From positions 101,851 through 165,850 of the forward strand of contig CACBQK010000001.1 in the NCBI GenBank assembly GCA_902541365.1: a stretch of 64,000 bases of DNA, read 5' to 3'. A program made the translations under genes and the position numbers. Below the pieces are notes generated by a model. The model saw only the letters and a list, made by a program, of their open reading frames with translations, did no database searches and was not told the origin of the DNA. Shown piece by piece: positions 29,287 to 41,192 of the stretch. Position 1 is the first letter of the stretch. Every line of letters starts with the position of its first letter. The DNA is from an uncultured SAR86 cluster bacterium. Lineage in GTDB: Bacteria > Pseudomonadota > Gammaproteobacteria > Magnimaribacterales > D2472.

Positions 29287-29808
29287 ATGAGTATGACAAA
29301 AACAGTTATTGCAGTGGTTATTTCAACCTCTCTTGGTGATATTAGTCTGGAGCTTGATAAAGAAAAGGCTCCAGGTACAGTTGAAAATTTTATTAATCTT
29401 GTTGAATCTGGATACTATGATGAGACTATATTTCATAGAGTAATTGATGGCTTTATGGTGCAAGGAGGAGGCTTAACAGCTGATATGAGAACTAAGCCTT
29501 CTGGTACTCAACCAATCCAAAATGAAGCTAATAATGGCTTACCAAATGATAGAGGAACTATTGCTATGGCAAGAACTAATGATCCTCATTCAGCAACAAG
29601 TCAGTTTTTTATTAACCATAAAGATAATAGTTTCTTAAATCACTCATCAGAAACTATGCGTGGTTGGGGATATGCGGTATTTGGGAAGGTAACGGATGGA
29701 ATGGATGTTGTTGATGCCATTGCTGTGGTTGATACCGGTAACTTTCAACAGTATGCAGATGTTCCAGTTGAGCCAATCATGATTCAATCGATATCTGTTA
29801 TGGAATGA
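29287..29808 (+). CDS. ppiB: peptidyl-prolyl cis-trans isomerase B (cyclophilin type)
   Basis: [14 protein letters not shown] and [17 protein letters not shown]. The ppiB-lpxH adjacency is the same as in E. coli. Confidence 0.93.
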   Translation: MSMTKTVIAVVISTSLGDISLELDKEKAPGTVENFINLVESGYYDETIFHRVIDGFMVQGGGLTADMRTKPSGTQPIQNEANNGLPNDRGTIAMARTNDPHSATSQFFINHKDNSFLNHSSETMRGWGYAVFGKVTDGMDVVDAIAVVDTGNFQQYADVPVEPIMIQSISVME

Positions 29809-30533
29809 ATCCAATATATTTCATTTCGGACCTACATCTAAGTTCAGTTGAGTCACCTATCACTAAATCATTCTTTGATTTTTTAGATAACAAAATATCT
29901 ACTCCTGCCAGTCTTTATATACTAGGTGACTTATTTGAGGTTTGGATTGGAGATGATGATGACAGTGAGCTTGCAGCAGTTATTCAGTCTAAGCTGAGTG
30001 ATTTTGCTAGCAAAGGGAATAAGCTATTTTTTATTGCTGGTAACAGAGATTTTCTGCTTGATAAAAGCTTTGCAACTTCAGCAGATATTGAAATTCTTGA
30101 AGATCCCTGCACAATAACCTTTAACGAAATGAAAATTATCATCAGTCACGGTGATTTCTTATGCACTCATGATTCAGAATATATGGACTTTAGAAGACAA
30201 GTCCGATCTCAGGCTTGGAAAGATGACTTTCTCAGTAAACCCCTAGAGGAGAGAAAACAAATTGCAGACGACATGAGGGATGCCAGTAAATCTGCTAGCA
30301 AAAATAAATCCTCTGAAATAACTGACGTAAATTTAAATGATGTAGATTCGTTTCTTCAAAAAGAAAGGCCAAGTCTTTTCATTCATGGCCATACTCATCG
30401 ACCTGATCTTCATGACTTAGAGTATGGAGATTATTCAACTCAGCGAATTGTTTTGGGAGATTGGAATACTTTCGGATGGTGCTTAAAACTTGATGCCAAT
30501 GGTCCTGATTTATTTAAATTCAAGATTGAATAA
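29805..30533 (+). CDS. lpxH: UDP-2,3-diacylglucosamine diphosphatase
   Basis: Metallophosphatase motifs [23 protein letters not shown] and HGHTH. ATGA overlap with ppiB. Confidence 0.9.
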   Translation: MNPIYFISDLHLSSVESPITKSFFDFLDNKISTPASLYILGDLFEVWIGDDDDSELAAVIQSKLSDFASKGNKLFFIAGNRDFLLDKSFATSADIEILEDPCTITFNEMKIIISHGDFLCTHDSEYMDFRRQVRSQAWKDDFLSKPLEERKQIADDMRDASKSASKNKSSEITDVNLNDVDSFLQKERPSLFIHGHTHRPDLHDLEYGDYSTQRIVLGDWNTFGWCLKLDANGPDLFKFKIE

Positions 30534-30537
30534 AGCG

Positions 30538-30566
30538 TTGAAACCTCTTTAAAAGTACTGTATATT
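30538..30566 (+). promoter_or_regulatory. candidate sigma70 promoter of umuDC
   Basis: TTGAAA (30538..30543), a 17-nt spacer, then TATATT (30561..30566). The -10 lies inside the LexA box. Confidence 0.5.
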
Positions 30567-30575
30567 TATACAGTA
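30556..30575. promoter_or_regulatory. LexA box (SOS operator) upstream of umuD
   Basis: TACTGTATATTTATACAGTA matches the gammaproteobacterial consensus TACTG(TA)5CAGTA with CTG-N10-CAG intact. It ends 19 nt before the umuD ATG. Confidence 0.9.
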
Positions 30576-30594
30576 TTTTTAGCACTCCTATATT

Positions 30595-31026
30595 ATGAAA
30601 ATTAATTACATCGGTACGGTGATTGCAGATAATTTATCTGAACTAATGCTGCCATATTTCCAAGATATGGTGCATGCCGGATTCCCTAGCCCTGCAAGTG
30701 ATTTCATAGAATCACCTATAGACCTAAATAAATATTTAATAAAGAATAATGCTGCTACCTTTCTTGTCAGAGTAAGTGGAAAATCTATGATAGGTGCAGG
30801 TATTAATGATGGTGCAACTCTCATAATAGACAGAAGTATTAAGCCCTCTCATAACAGCATCATAGTGGCAGCAGTTGATGGTGAGTTTGTTTGTAGAAGA
30901 CTTAAAACTAAGCCTAAATTATGCCTAATTGCTGAAAATAAAGGCTATAAACCAATCTATATAAATAGCCAAATAGACTTCGAAGTAACTGGGCTAGTAA
31001 CTTCAGTCATTAATCAATTTACATGA
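30595..31026 (+). CDS. umuD: translesion polymerase V accessory subunit UmuD
   Basis: By eye it is collinear with E. coli UmuD. Cleavage-site region [14 protein letters not shown] (Ala-Gly), nucleophile GKSM and general base RRLK. Confidence 0.93.
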   Translation: MKINYIGTVIADNLSELMLPYFQDMVHAGFPSPASDFIESPIDLNKYLIKNNAATFLVRVSGKSMIGAGINDGATLIIDRSIKPSHNSIIVAAVDGEFVCRRLKTKPKLCLIAENKGYKPIYINSQIDFEVTGLVTSVINQFT

Positions 31027-32282
31027 GCATAGCCCTGGTAGATTGTGATAGCTTTTATGCTTCATGTGAAAGAGTGTTTCGTCCTGATCTTAAGAATAGA
31101 CCCATCGTTGTCCTCTCTAATAATGATGGCTGCGTAATTGCAAGGAGCTCAGAGGCAAAAGCGATGGGTATAAAGATGGGAGTTCCTTGGTTTAAGATCA
31201 AAGATAGGTATATCAGAAAAGGTGGTATTGTCTTCTCATCTAATTTTGCTTTCTATGGAGATATGTCCAGGAGAGTTATGAATATTTTAAATTCCATTTC
31301 TCCAAAAACAGAAGTCTATAGCATTGATGAAGCATTTTTAGATTTCTCGGGTACCGAAAAAAACATAGGCTGTTTCGACTTTGGCTTACATCTAAAAAAT
31401 ACTGTAGGAAGATGGACAGGAATACCTGTACGAATAGGTATAGGACCTACTAAGACGCTAGCTAAGATTGCTAGCTACCAAATAAAGAAAAGAGATATTC
31501 AATCAAGAGTTTTAGTGCTGGATAGCCAGAGAGATATAAGTGAAGCCCTTAAAAGCACCCCAGTTGGTGAGATATGGGGAGTTGGCAGAAGATTAAATAG
31601 GAAACTATCAATGGCAGGTATTAAAAATGCTCTGCAACTATCATATGCCCCACCTCAGGATATAAGAAAAAGGTTTAGTATTGTTTTAGAACGTACAGTT
31701 AGAGAGCTTAATGGTGAGAAATGTTTAGATATTGAAGATGTTTCTCCAACTAAAAAACAAATTGTGGTCAGTAGAAGTTTTGCAAAAAAGATTACTAATT
31801 TAGAAATCCTAAATACTGTTGTTAATGATTATGTGGTGAGAGCAGCTGAAAAATTAAGATCCGAAAAACAGAAAAGTTCAAGAATATCAGTATTTATTCG
31901 AACTAGTCCTTTTGACACTAATGAAAGTTACAGGGCTATAAAGAGCTATTCATTCACTCATCCAACAGATGATTCAAGAGATTTTTTGTATGCCGTAAGA
32001 AAGATTCTACCCAAAATCTATAGACCTAATTATAGATATTCAAAGGCTGGGATTATGCTAAGTTCATTTTCAGATATCGGCTATGTACAAAACTCTTTAT
32101 TTAGTGAAAGCCATACTTACAAGATGGACTCAAAATTGATGCAAGTTATTGATGAGTTAAATCTAAATCAAAAGCAGATCTATATTGCTTCACAAAATAT
32201 AGGAAAGTTTAAGCCCATACAGAGAAATATGATATCTCCGAGATACACTACTAGATGGAGTGATCTACCTATGGTTAAGTAG
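31023..32282 (+). CDS. umuC: Y-family DNA polymerase V catalytic subunit UmuC
   Basis: N-terminus [21 protein letters not shown] compares with E. coli CDVNAFYASCETVFRPDL. ATGA overlap with umuD. Confidence 0.93.
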   Translation: MSIALVDCDSFYASCERVFRPDLKNRPIVVLSNNDGCVIARSSEAKAMGIKMGVPWFKIKDRYIRKGGIVFSSNFAFYGDMSRRVMNILNSISPKTEVYSIDEAFLDFSGTEKNIGCFDFGLHLKNTVGRWTGIPVRIGIGPTKTLAKIASYQIKKRDIQSRVLVLDSQRDISEALKSTPVGEIWGVGRRLNRKLSMAGIKNALQLSYAPPQDIRKRFSIVLERTVRELNGEKCLDIEDVSPTKKQIVVSRSFAKKITNLEILNTVVNDYVVRAAEKLRSEKQKSSRISVFIRTSPFDTNESYRAIKSYSFTHPTDDSRDFLYAVRKILPKIYRPNYRYSKAGIMLSSFSDIGYVQNSLFSESHTYKMDSKLMQVIDELNLNQKQIYIASQNIGKFKPIQRNMISPRYTTRWSDLPMVK

Positions 32283-32724
32283 CCCGATTAAAGAATTTAT
32301 AATAATGAGCTTCTGATAGTTGAAGCATTTCTTGATTAATCAAATCCCGAAGCTCTACAAGAGAAAGATCAGAAAATGCTGGCAATATTTCAACCCCAAA
32401 ATCATTTACATTTAAATCTTTATTGCTGGAAGCTCGAAGTAAGTCAAAAATCCAAGTAATAGGCTCAAGAGAGCTATTGAAGTTAATAGAAAATTCATTC
32501 ATCTTACTTTCGAAGAGCTCGCTATCAGAAATAGTAAATTTTTCTTCAAGAATAGTTGTCTTAAACTGCTCGAGCCTAGAATTAACAACCGCTCTCTCAT
32601 CAGTCGAGAACTTACCCCAATTAGTAATTTCATGTGAAAACCTTTTGCAGCCTTTACAAACATCATCACCAAAGGTTGTAGAACATATGCCAATGCAAGG
32701 TGTTGATGAACGATTCTTACGCAT
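32275..32724 (-). CDS. DUF1289-domain (YdhL-like Cys-rich) protein with about 100-aa C-terminal extension
   Basis: [29 protein letters not shown] matches the DUF1289 Cys pattern as I remember it. Its 3' end overlaps the umuC 3' end by 8 nt (convergent). Confidence 0.68.
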   Translation of the reverse strand: MRKNRSSTPCIGICSTTFGDDVCKGCKRFSHEITNWGKFSTDERAVVNSRLEQFKTTILEEKFTISDSELFESKMNEFSINFNSSLEPITWIFDLLRASSNKDLNVNDFGVEILPAFSDLSLVELRDLINQEMLQLSEAHYYKFFNRAT

Positions 32725-32800
32725 GGATTTAATAATACAATAATATTTAATTTTTGTAATTTGGTTGGAAAGTTTAAGCTAAGAGAAGTAAAATAGGCGC

Positions 32801-35377
32801 GTGTTAGAGGACTATAAAAAGCATTGCGAAGAAAGAGAAGAGATGGGCATACCCCCTCTTCCATTAGATGCTGAACAAACAGCCGAGGTCGTTAATCTAT
32901 TAAAAAAAGAAAATGATGAAAATGATCTTTTGCTTCACTTGCTGAAAGAGAGAGTTCCTGCAGGTGTAGATGATGCAGCATATGTTAAGGCAGGTTTTTT
33001 ATCAGATTTAACAAAAGGAAAGACAGAAAGTCCCTATATTACGAAAGAAGATGCAGTGGCAATCTTGGGAACCATGCTTGGCGGTTACAACATACAACCC
33101 TTGATTGACTGTCTTGAGATTGATGGATTAGCTGATGATGCCGCAAATGCGTTAAGTAATACACTTCTAATTTTTGATGCGTTTAATGATATCTATGAAC
33201 TATCAAAAACTAATGAGCATGCAAAAACAGTTATCGATTCATGGGCAAATGCAGAGTGGTTCACAAGCAAAGAAGAAATACCAGAAAGCATAAAGCTTAC
33301 TGTTTTTAAGGTACCTGGTGAGATAAATACCGATGATCTTTCTCCTGCTCCTGATGCTTGGTCAAGGCCAGATATTCCTCTTCATGCTCTTGCAATGTTA
33401 AAAATGCCAAGGGATGGCATAAATGATCCTTTAGGTACTATCGAAGAATTAAAGCAGAAAGGAAACCCAGTTGTTTTTGTAGGTGACGTTGTTGGAACTG
33501 GCTCATCAAGAAAATCTGCAACTAATTCAGTTTTATGGCATATGGGAGACGAGATTCCTGCAATTCCAAATAAGAAAGAAGGTGGTTTTTGTTTTGGAGG
33601 AAAAATAGCACCTATTTTTTATAATACTCTCGAGGATTCTGGAGCTTTTCCAGTTGAATGTGATGTCTCAAAATTAGTAATGGGTCAAGAAATCATTTTT
33701 GAACCATTCAAGGGTCAAATCACTGATTCCAAAACTAATGAGCTCCTTTGTGAATTTAAACTAAAAACAGAAGTACTTCTTGATGAGGTGAGAGCAAATG
33801 GAAGAATTCCTCTAATTATTGGAAGGCAGTTAACAGATAAGACTAGAGAAGTTTTAGGATTAGAACCTACTGATATTTTTAGAAGACCAAATCAAAATGA
33901 TACTTCTAAAAAAGGATACACTTTGGCACAAAAAATGGTTGGTAAAGCATGTGGAGTTGAGGGAGTAAGACCTGGAGACTATTGTGAACCAAGAATGAGT
34001 ACAGTTGGATCTCAAGATACAACGGGACCAATGACTAGAGATGAGTTGAAAGAGCTTGCATGTCTTGGGTTCTCAGCAGATTTAGTAATGCAATCTTTTT
34101 GTCACACTGCTGCATATCCAAAACCAGTTGATATCGATACTCAACACTCTCTTCCAGAATTTATTAAAACTAGAGGTGGGGTTTCTCTTAAACCTGGAGA
34201 TGGAATTATTCACTCTTGGCTCAATAGAATGTTAATACCTGACACCGTAGGAACAGGTGGTGACAGTCATACAAGATTTCCAATTGGTATAAGTTTTCCA
34301 GCTGGCTCAGGATTAGTAGCGTTTGCAGCGACCCTTGGTGTTATGCCTTTAGATATGCCTGAATCAGTTTTGGTTAGGTTTAAGGGTGAGATGCAGCCTG
34401 GTATTACTCTTAGAGATCTAGTTAATGCAATTCCATATGCTGCAATTCAACAAAAACATCTTACAGTTGCTAAGGAAGGTAAAAAAAATATTTTTTCAGG
34501 GAGATGCCTAGAGGTTGAAGGTCTTCCTCATTTAAAAGTAGAACAGGCCTTTGAAATCTCAGATGCTTCTGCAGAAAGATCTGCATCAGGGTGTACTATC
34601 AGATTGGATAAAGAACCAATCATTGAGTACCTTAATTCAAATATAGTCATGTTGAGGTGGATGATAACAAATGGATATGGAGATCCTAAAACACTTGAGA
34701 GAAGAGCCACCGCAATGGAAGAATGGATAAAAGATCCAAAACTGCTTGAACCTGACAAGGATGCTGAATATGCCGCAATAATTGAAATTGATCTAAATGA
34801 AATTAAAGAGCCTCTTTTGGCATGTCCAAATGATCCAGATGATATTAAGCCACTTTCAGAGGTTCAAAACACGGAAATTGATGAAGTCTTTCTTGGGTCA
34901 TGTATGACAAATATTGGACATTTTAGAGCTGCGGGCCATCTTCTTAAAAAACATAATGGAACTAAGGCAAGATTCTGGGTTGTGCCACCAACTAAGATGG
35001 ATGAAAAGCAGCTTATGGAGGAAGGTATTTATAATATCTTTGGAGTTTCAGGGGCAAGAACTGAAATGCCAGGTTGCTCCCTTTGTATGGGTAATCAAGC
35101 AAGAGTTCTAGCAAACTCAACTGTTGTTTCAACATCAACAAGAAACTATCCGAATAGACTTGGTGATGGTGCGGATGTTTTTCTTGCTTCTGCAGAACTC
35201 TCTTCAGTAGCTGCTGTTCTTGGAAGATTACCAACTCCTAAAGAATATCTTGAATTCATGGATGAAATTAATCCACTCTCAGAGGAGATATATAGATACT
35301 TAAACTTCGATCAACTTCCTGAGTTTCTAAATGATGCAAAAAAAGCAGAGATTTCCGCTGTAAATATAGTTTCTTAG
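32801..35377 (+). CDS. acnB: aconitate hydratase B / 2-methylisocitrate dehydratase
   Basis: By eye it is collinear with E. coli AcnB from residue 1 ([26 protein letters not shown] compared with MLEEYRKHVAERAAEGIAPKPLDANQ). This supports the GTG start. Fe-S ligand motifs GSCMTNIGH and CSLCMGNQ. Confidence 0.97.
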   Translation: MLEDYKKHCEEREEMGIPPLPLDAEQTAEVVNLLKKENDENDLLLHLLKERVPAGVDDAAYVKAGFLSDLTKGKTESPYITKEDAVAILGTMLGGYNIQPLIDCLEIDGLADDAANALSNTLLIFDAFNDIYELSKTNEHAKTVIDSWANAEWFTSKEEIPESIKLTVFKVPGEINTDDLSPAPDAWSRPDIPLHALAMLKMPRDGINDPLGTIEELKQKGNPVVFVGDVVGTGSSRKSATNSVLWHMGDEIPAIPNKKEGGFCFGGKIAPIFYNTLEDSGAFPVECDVSKLVMGQEIIFEPFKGQITDSKTNELLCEFKLKTEVLLDEVRANGRIPLIIGRQLTDKTREVLGLEPTDIFRRPNQNDTSKKGYTLAQKMVGKACGVEGVRPGDYCEPRMSTVGSQDTTGPMTRDELKELACLGFSADLVMQSFCHTAAYPKPVDIDTQHSLPEFIKTRGGVSLKPGDGIIHSWLNRMLIPDTVGTGGDSHTRFPIGISFPAGSGLVAFAATLGVMPLDMPESVLVRFKGEMQPGITLRDLVNAIPYAAIQQKHLTVAKEGKKNIFSGRCLEVEGLPHLKVEQAFEISDASAERSASGCTIRLDKEPIIEYLNSNIVMLRWMITNGYGDPKTLERRATAMEEWIKDPKLLEPDKDAEYAAIIEIDLNEIKEPLLACPNDPDDIKPLSEVQNTEIDEVFLGSCMTNIGHFRAAGHLLKKHNGTKARFWVVPPTKMDEKQLMEEGIYNIFGVSGARTEMPGCSLCMGNQARVLANSTVVSTSTRNYPNRLGDGADVFLASAELSSVAAVLGRLPTPKEYLEFMDEINPLSEEIYRYLNFDQLPEFLNDAKKAEISAVNIVS

Positions 35378-35380
35378 GAA

Positions 35381-36859
35381 TTAATTTTTTGTTTTTGACA
35401 TTTTAACAATGTCACTTCTCTCTTCTTCAAGGTTTTCAAGGTATCCATCATCTATCTCTGTAGGATATTTGCCTGTGAAAATTGAAGTTTCAAACTCTTT
35501 TATTTCTGGATTTCCTTCTTGCACAGAACTTATGAGATCGTTAAGAGTTTGATAAATCAGTTCATCAGCTCCGATAATCTCAGCAATTTCTGATTCTGAC
35601 CTATTGTATGCAACTAATTCTTTTGTTGCAGCCATATCAATACCATAAAGATTTTGAAACTTAACAGGGGGAGCTGCAGACGCAAATAAAACCTTTTTTG
35701 CACCTGCTTCCCTAACCATTTCAATAATTTGTTTACTAGTTGTTCCCCTAACAATAGAATCATCAACAAGCAAAACATTTTTATCTTTAAACTCTAGATC
35801 AAGAATATTAAGCTTTCTTCTAACTGACTTTTTCCTTTCTTCTTGAAGAGGCATGATGAATGTTCTACCAATATATCTGTTTTTAACAAACCCTTGTCTA
35901 TAGGGCTTTTTTAAATCTGCTGCAAGTTGTAAAGCAGCAGTTGTTGAGCTATCAGGAATAGGTATTACTACATCAATTTCATCAACTAAACCAAGACTTC
36001 TTATTCTTTCTGCAAGCTTAAGACCCATTCTCATTCTCGATTTATAAACTGATATTTGATCAATTGTTGAATCGGGTCTAGCGAGATATACATACTCGAA
36101 TATACATGGCCTTTTTTGGGAAGAGGTTGAACATTGTTGAGAAAAGATTTTACCTGCATTATCAATAAATACAGCTTCGCCAGGCTCAACATCTCTTAAA
36201 AATTTAAAACCAGTTGATGAAAAAAGTGCAGTTTCAGAAGATACAACATATTCATTTCTATTTTTTCCTTTTCTTACACCAATTGATAATGGCCTAATAC
36301 CAAGGGGATCTCTAAAGGCTAAAATTCCATATCCAGTAATCAAGGCTACTACCGCATATGCACCATAAATTCTCAAATGTGTCTTTTCAACAGCTGTAAA
36401 GAAATCTTTTGGTTTTGGAAATACAGCCTCCTGCTTGGAAAGCTCTAAAGCAAAAATATTAAGCAAGACTTCTGAATCAGAATCTGTATTTATATGACGT
36501 CTCTCAGCATGAAATAATTCAGCAGCTAATTTTTTTGAGTTAGTTAAATTACCATTATGAGCTAAGCTTATGCCGTAAGGTGTATTCACGTACATAGGTT
36601 GAGCAAATTCCTTTCCTATTCCGCCTGCAGTGGGATATCGAACATGTCCTATGCCAAGATTACCTTGGAGATTGTTCATATGGTTTTGCTGAAAGACATC
36701 TCTCACATAGCCCTTTGATTTCCTGCTATTTAGCTTACCGCTGGGTTCACACACGACCATACCTGCTGCATCTTGCCCTCTATGCTGGAGCATTAATAGA
36801 GATTCATAAATCTCCTCAGCTACATTATTTTCTGCAGAAATCCCTATAATTCCGCACAT
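35381..36859 (-). CDS. purF: amidophosphoribosyltransferase
   Basis: N-terminal nucleophile MCGIIGI and PRPP loop LVDDSIVRGTT. Confidence 0.97.
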   Translation of the reverse strand: MCGIIGISAENNVAEEIYESLLMLQHRGQDAAGMVVCEPSGKLNSRKSKGYVRDVFQQNHMNNLQGNLGIGHVRYPTAGGIGKEFAQPMYVNTPYGISLAHNGNLTNSKKLAAELFHAERRHINTDSDSEVLLNIFALELSKQEAVFPKPKDFFTAVEKTHLRIYGAYAVVALITGYGILAFRDPLGIRPLSIGVRKGKNRNEYVVSSETALFSSTGFKFLRDVEPGEAVFIDNAGKIFSQQCSTSSQKRPCIFEYVYLARPDSTIDQISVYKSRMRMGLKLAERIRSLGLVDEIDVVIPIPDSSTTAALQLAADLKKPYRQGFVKNRYIGRTFIMPLQEERKKSVRRKLNILDLEFKDKNVLLVDDSIVRGTTSKQIIEMVREAGAKKVLFASAAPPVKFQNLYGIDMAATKELVAYNRSESEIAEIIGADELIYQTLNDLISSVQEGNPEIKEFETSIFTGKYPTEIDDGYLENLEEERSDIVKMSKTKN

Positions 36860-36895
36860 TTTTTATTCCCCGTCTTTAACTATATCCTCGATATC

Positions 36896-37384
36896 CTATT
36901 TTGCTAAAAGTTCCTTAATGTAAGTTTCCAAAACTGGCAAAAATTCCTCGAAAAATGGTGAAATCTTTGAAGAAGTAAAGATTTCAGATTCTTTCAAATT
37001 CGAGGGTAATAAAAAGTAAATTGCCAAAATTACAATCAAGCCCCTACCAATTCCAAATAATACACCCATAAATTTATCAAAGCCAGACATTCCTGACCAT
37101 TTAACTATTCTTGAAATCAAATTGATCAAAAATCCACCAATTATGATAGAAATTAGGAAAATAATAACAGACGCAATAATTCTTGATGCTTCCTCATTTC
37201 CTATAATCTCAGAAATTTTTGGTGTAACAAATCCTTCTAAACCTACTGCTGCAAAGAAAGCAAAAACCCATAGCAGTAATGATAAAAACTCTTTTGTAAA
37301 ACCTCTAAATAATGAAATGATTCCTGAGGAGCCAATAACAAACAATATGACGAGATCTGTGACATTAAGGCCTAGGGTTTCCAT
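36896..37384 (-). CDS. cvpA: CvpA-family membrane protein
   Basis: Four hydrophobic helices in 162 aa. It occupies the conserved position immediately upstream of purF. Confidence 0.85.
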   Translation of the reverse strand: METLGLNVTDLVILFVIGSSGIISLFRGFTKEFLSLLLWVFAFFAAVGLEGFVTPKISEIIGNEEASRIIASVIIFLISIIIGGFLINLISRIVKWSGMSGFDKFMGVLFGIGRGLIVILAIYFLLPSNLKESEIFTSSKISPFFEEFLPVLETYIKELLAK

Positions 37385-37755
37385 AGAACAACTTCTCCTG
37401 AATTAGTCTCTGAAATCTCATAAATAAAATCTATATTCTTCTTGATATCTTCTTTTGTTCTAAAAGGGCCAACATAAACGGCGGTTAAGCTACCATTGTT
37501 TTTCAAAGGTTCAGTATAGGCTGGAAAATAATTATTAATATTTTCTTTAAGAGCATTTGCATTTTCTATATTTTCAAAAACATTTACTCTTACAACATAC
37601 ATATCAAAATCATCTTTAGACAAACCTCTTGCATTTGGTGCAAATTGATAACTAATTGAATCTTGATATTTAGGTTGAGGCGATAGCACAAATATAAAAA
37701 TTATTAAGCCCATTAAAATTACAAATATTAAGCCAACAAGTTTTTCTAGATTCAT
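37372..37755 (-). CDS. SPOR-domain protein (DedD-like)
   Basis: N-terminal membrane anchor plus a C-terminal SPOR-like region YVVRVNVFENIENANALKENI...AVYVGPFRTKEDI. It sits in the dedD position between accD and cvpA. Confidence 0.7.
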   Translation of the reverse strand: MNLEKLVGLIFVILMGLIIFIFVLSPQPKYQDSISYQFAPNARGLSKDDFDMYVVRVNVFENIENANALKENINNYFPAYTEPLKNNGSLTAVYVGPFRTKEDIKKNIDFIYEISETNSGEVVLWKP

Positions 37756-38603
37756 TTTGATATTTTATCCAAAATTCCAATTACTTTACTTCTTATTTCT
37801 GATCTGTGAACAATCATATCTATGGCGCCATGCTCGAGTAAAAATTCTGATTTCTGAAAGTCTTCAGGCAGTTCAACTCTTACCGTTTGTTCAATTACTC
37901 TTCTTCCTGCAAAACCCACAAAAGCCTTTGGCTCTGCTATGTTGATATCTCCTAACATTGCTAAACTTGCTGATACTCCTCCAAATATTGGATCAACCAT
38001 TACAGAAATATAAGGTATTTTATTAGATTTTAATTTCTGTATTGCAGCAGATGTTTTTGCCATTTGCATAAGAGAAATCATTGATTCTTGCATCCTTGCC
38101 CCGCCACTTGTCGAGAAACAAATAAATGGAGTTTTAGTCTCTATTGCCTGCTGAATGCCTTGAACAAATTTCTCCCCAACTACGCTTCCCATCGAGCCAC
38201 CCATAAACTTAAATTCAAATGCTGCAGCAGTAACTAACCGTCCATCAAGTTTGCCAAATCCAACTAATAAAGCTTCACTTTCTCCAGTATTCTTTTTTGC
38301 TTCTTTAATTCTTTGAGGGTATGCCTTAACGTCTTTAAAACCGAGAGGATCATCTGTTTCAACATTTGACGCAATTTCAGTAAAGTTACCATTATCAAAA
38401 AAAATGTTAAATCTAGTTCTAGCACCAATCCTTAAATGGTGATCACATTTTGGACAAACATATAAAGTTTTTTGTAACTCAGGTTTATAAAGTGCTGATT
38501 CGCATGATGGACAAGATGTCCAAACACCATCAGGAATATTACTTTTTTTTGATTTAGAGGAACTTTTTCCGATTGATGGAATTAATCTTGTAAGCCAATT
38601 CAT
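37752..38603 (-). CDS. accD: acetyl-CoA carboxylase carboxyltransferase beta subunit
   Basis: N-terminal zinc ribbon CPSCESALY...CPKCDHH and a carboxyltransferase core. Confidence 0.95.
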   Translation of the reverse strand: MNWLTRLIPSIGKSSSKSKKSNIPDGVWTSCPSCESALYKPELQKTLYVCPKCDHHLRIGARTRFNIFFDNGNFTEIASNVETDDPLGFKDVKAYPQRIKEAKKNTGESEALLVGFGKLDGRLVTAAAFEFKFMGGSMGSVVGEKFVQGIQQAIETKTPFICFSTSGGARMQESMISLMQMAKTSAAIQKLKSNKIPYISVMVDPIFGGVSASLAMLGDINIAEPKAFVGFAGRRVIEQTVRVELPEDFQKSEFLLEHGAIDMIVHRSEIRSKVIGILDKISK

Positions 38604-39388
38604 TATCTAATTGCATTTTTCATAGTACTAATATAATCACTTACTTCATGAAAGTCTTTATTTTCTGAATTTTTATAAATAAGCTCAACTATTGAAGATC
38701 CGATCACAATTCCATCAGAAAAGGATGAGAGAAGCTTAGCGTCATCGCTGTTCTTGATTCCAAAGCCTGCCATCACCGGAATAGATGAGATAGATTTTAT
38801 ATATTTAATATTTTGTTCAATTTCATTTCCATCAAGATTTGATGATCCTGTAACTCCTCTTAAGGTTACATAATAAATAAAGCCTGTACTATTTTTTACA
38901 ATTTCCTTAACTCTATCTTTTGAAGTAGTTGGTGATACAAGCGAGATAACATCTAAATCTTGATTATCAATACCATAATCTTCAAGAGACAGCTCACCGG
39001 GAATGTCAACCACCAAAACTCCATCAACACCCAGATCATGAGATCTATTAATCAAATCTTTATAAATCAAGAAATTATTGATATATCCCATTAAAATAAT
39101 TGGTGTATTAGAATCTTTTTCTCTGAATTTGCCTACAAGATCAACAATTTTTTGCAGATTGGTCTGATTTTCTAAGCTTCTATCATGAGCTTGTTGTATT
39201 GTTGGGCCTTCAGCTATTGGATCAGTAAAGGGAACGCCAATTTCTAAGATATCTACCCCTGAATCAACACTTAAATGCATCAGTTCAAGAGAAGTTTTTA
39301 GATCAGGATCTCCTGCAACTATATAACCAACAAAAGCTTTTTGATTATCTTGTGAAAGCTCTTTTAACTTCTTTTCAATCCTTTTCAA
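38603..39388 (-). CDS. trpA: tryptophan synthase alpha chain
   Basis: [15 protein letters not shown] motif. Overlaps the trpB stop. Confidence 0.95.
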   Translation of the reverse strand: MKRIEKKLKELSQDNQKAFVGYIVAGDPDLKTSLELMHLSVDSGVDILEIGVPFTDPIAEGPTIQQAHDRSLENQTNLQKIVDLVGKFREKDSNTPIILMGYINNFLIYKDLINRSHDLGVDGVLVVDIPGELSLEDYGIDNQDLDVISLVSPTTSKDRVKEIVKNSTGFIYYVTLRGVTGSSNLDGNEIEQNIKYIKSISSIPVMAGFGIKNSDDAKLLSSFSDGIVIGSSIVELIYKNSENKDFHEVSDYISTMKNAIR

Positions 39389-40581
39389 AGCTTGATATCC
39401 TCTATTTCAACCACGCTATTTAAGTCTTTGTCGCCTCTTCCAGATACGTTGATAACTATATGCTGATCTTCATTCATTTTTGGCATAAGCTCATCTAAGT
39501 AAGCAAATGCATGAGCTGTTTCCAGTGCAGGCAATATTCCTTCCATTTTATTTACCATATGAAAAGCTTTCATAACCTCATCATCTGAAACTGCAACATA
39601 CTTAGCTCTTTTAATATCTTTTAGCCACGAATGCTCAGGCCCTACACCTGGATAATCTAAGCCTGCTGAAATAGAAGCCGTTCCTTTTACTTGCCCACTT
39701 TCATCTTGCATCAAATAACTTTTTGCTCCATGAAGCACTCCAGGTGTCCCATCATTTAATGGAGCCGCATGTTCACCTGTTTCTATACCTTTACCTGCTG
39801 CCTCGACACCAATGAGTTCTACATTATCCATTTTAATAAAAGGATAAAAAATACCCATAGCATTTGATCCACCTCCAACACAGGCAATTATTGAATCTGG
39901 CATTCTTCCAAATGATTCCTGTGATTGGTCAATCAGCTCATATCCTACAACTGCATTAAAATCTCTTACAATCATCGGATAAGGATGAGGCCCTGTAACA
40001 CTGCCTATAATGTAATATGTATCTTCAATATTAGTAACCCAGTCTCTTAAAGCCTCATTGAGGGCATCCTTAAGAGTTGCTGAACCAGAATTTACTTCAT
40101 GGACTTCAGCACCTAAAAGCTTCATTCTATAAACATTAAGTGATTGTCTCCGTACATCCTCAGATCCCATGTATATATGACAATCTAGTCCAAGTCTTGC
40201 AGCAACTGTAGCAGTTGCAACTCCATGTTGGCCTGCGCCAGTTTCCGCAATAATCCTTTTTTTTCCCATATATTTAGCTAAAAGGATTTGTCCAACTGTG
40301 TTATTTATTTTGTGAGCACCGGTATGATTTAAATCTTCCCTTTTCAACCAAATTGAAGCAGTGTTGTAATGCTCAGTAAGCCTTTTTGCAAAGTATAAAG
40401 GAGATGGTCTGCCTACAAATTCTGCAAGATCTTTGTGAAACTCCGCATTAAAATCATTGTTATCTTTTAGAGTTTTATAAGTTTGCTCTAGTTCATTGAG
40501 TGCATACATAAGAGTTTCTGGAACAAACTTGCCACCATATTCACCGAAGAATCCATCTTTATCTGGTAAGTTATCTTTCAT
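39385..40581 (-). CDS. trpB: tryptophan synthase beta chain
   Basis: PLP-lysine motif HTGAHKINN. 398 aa. Confidence 0.97.
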   Translation of the reverse strand: MKDNLPDKDGFFGEYGGKFVPETLMYALNELEQTYKTLKDNNDFNAEFHKDLAEFVGRPSPLYFAKRLTEHYNTASIWLKREDLNHTGAHKINNTVGQILLAKYMGKKRIIAETGAGQHGVATATVAARLGLDCHIYMGSEDVRRQSLNVYRMKLLGAEVHEVNSGSATLKDALNEALRDWVTNIEDTYYIIGSVTGPHPYPMIVRDFNAVVGYELIDQSQESFGRMPDSIIACVGGGSNAMGIFYPFIKMDNVELIGVEAAGKGIETGEHAAPLNDGTPGVLHGAKSYLMQDESGQVKGTASISAGLDYPGVGPEHSWLKDIKRAKYVAVSDDEVMKAFHMVNKMEGILPALETAHAFAYLDELMPKMNEDQHIVINVSGRGDKDLNSVVEIEDIKL

Positions 40582-41192
40582 TTCTTAATTAAGCTTAGTA
40601 TTTTCGTAATTTTCGAGTGGTCTTTAAAGCCAGGAGATGATTCTACCCCAGAATTAAAATCTAGACACCATGGATTTATCTTTAAGGCATTTTCTAAATT
40701 TTCAATAGATAACCCTCCTGAAAGAATTATCTTTTTATCAAGGAATAAATCTGTATTAAGTATTTCCCAATCAAAGCTGCTTCCAGTTCCTCCATAAATA
40801 CCTTCTTTAAAGGTGTCAAACAAAATTGCTTGTGCATTTTTGAAGTGTTTTATGTCTTCGAGAGACTTAATATCTTTTATCCTTAATGCTTTCCAAAATT
40901 CGCAATCAAATAATTTACAAAAATCTTCTGACTCATCGCCGTGAAATTGAATGATTGGATTTTCAAAGTAACTTAATGAAGAGTTAACAAATGATTTTTC
41001 AGGATTAACAAATACGCAAACAGGCCTAGTTTTTCGAAAATCTATATTTTTTATCTCATTTATAAATGTATGAGTAACATTTCTAGGACTATTTTCATGA
41101 AAAATAAAACCAACATAGTCAACTCCATTTTCAATAAGGAAATTAAGTGTTTCTATTTCTGTTATTCCACAAATTTTTATTTTCATATTCAA
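40578..41192 (-). CDS. trpF: phosphoribosylanthranilate isomerase
   Basis: KICGIT start and a (beta/alpha)8 pattern. Located upstream of trpB. Confidence 0.9.
   Translation of the reverse strand: MNMKIKICGITEIETLNFLIENGVDYVGFIFHENSPRNVTHTFINEIKNIDFRKTRPVCVFVNPEKSFVNSSLSYFENPIIQFHGDESEDFCKLFDCEFWKALRIKDIKSLEDIKHFKNAQAILFDTFKEGIYGGTGSSFDWEILNTDLFLDKKIILSGGLSIENLENALKINPWCLDFNSGVESSPGFKDHSKITKILSLIKK

Noticed and set aside
32423-32864. Overlapping ORFs of 106 aa and 121 aa around the DUF1289 gene and the acnB start.
   Set aside because: They conflict with the DUF1289 Cys-motif frame and with the acnB N-terminus, which aligns with E. coli AcnB from residue 1.
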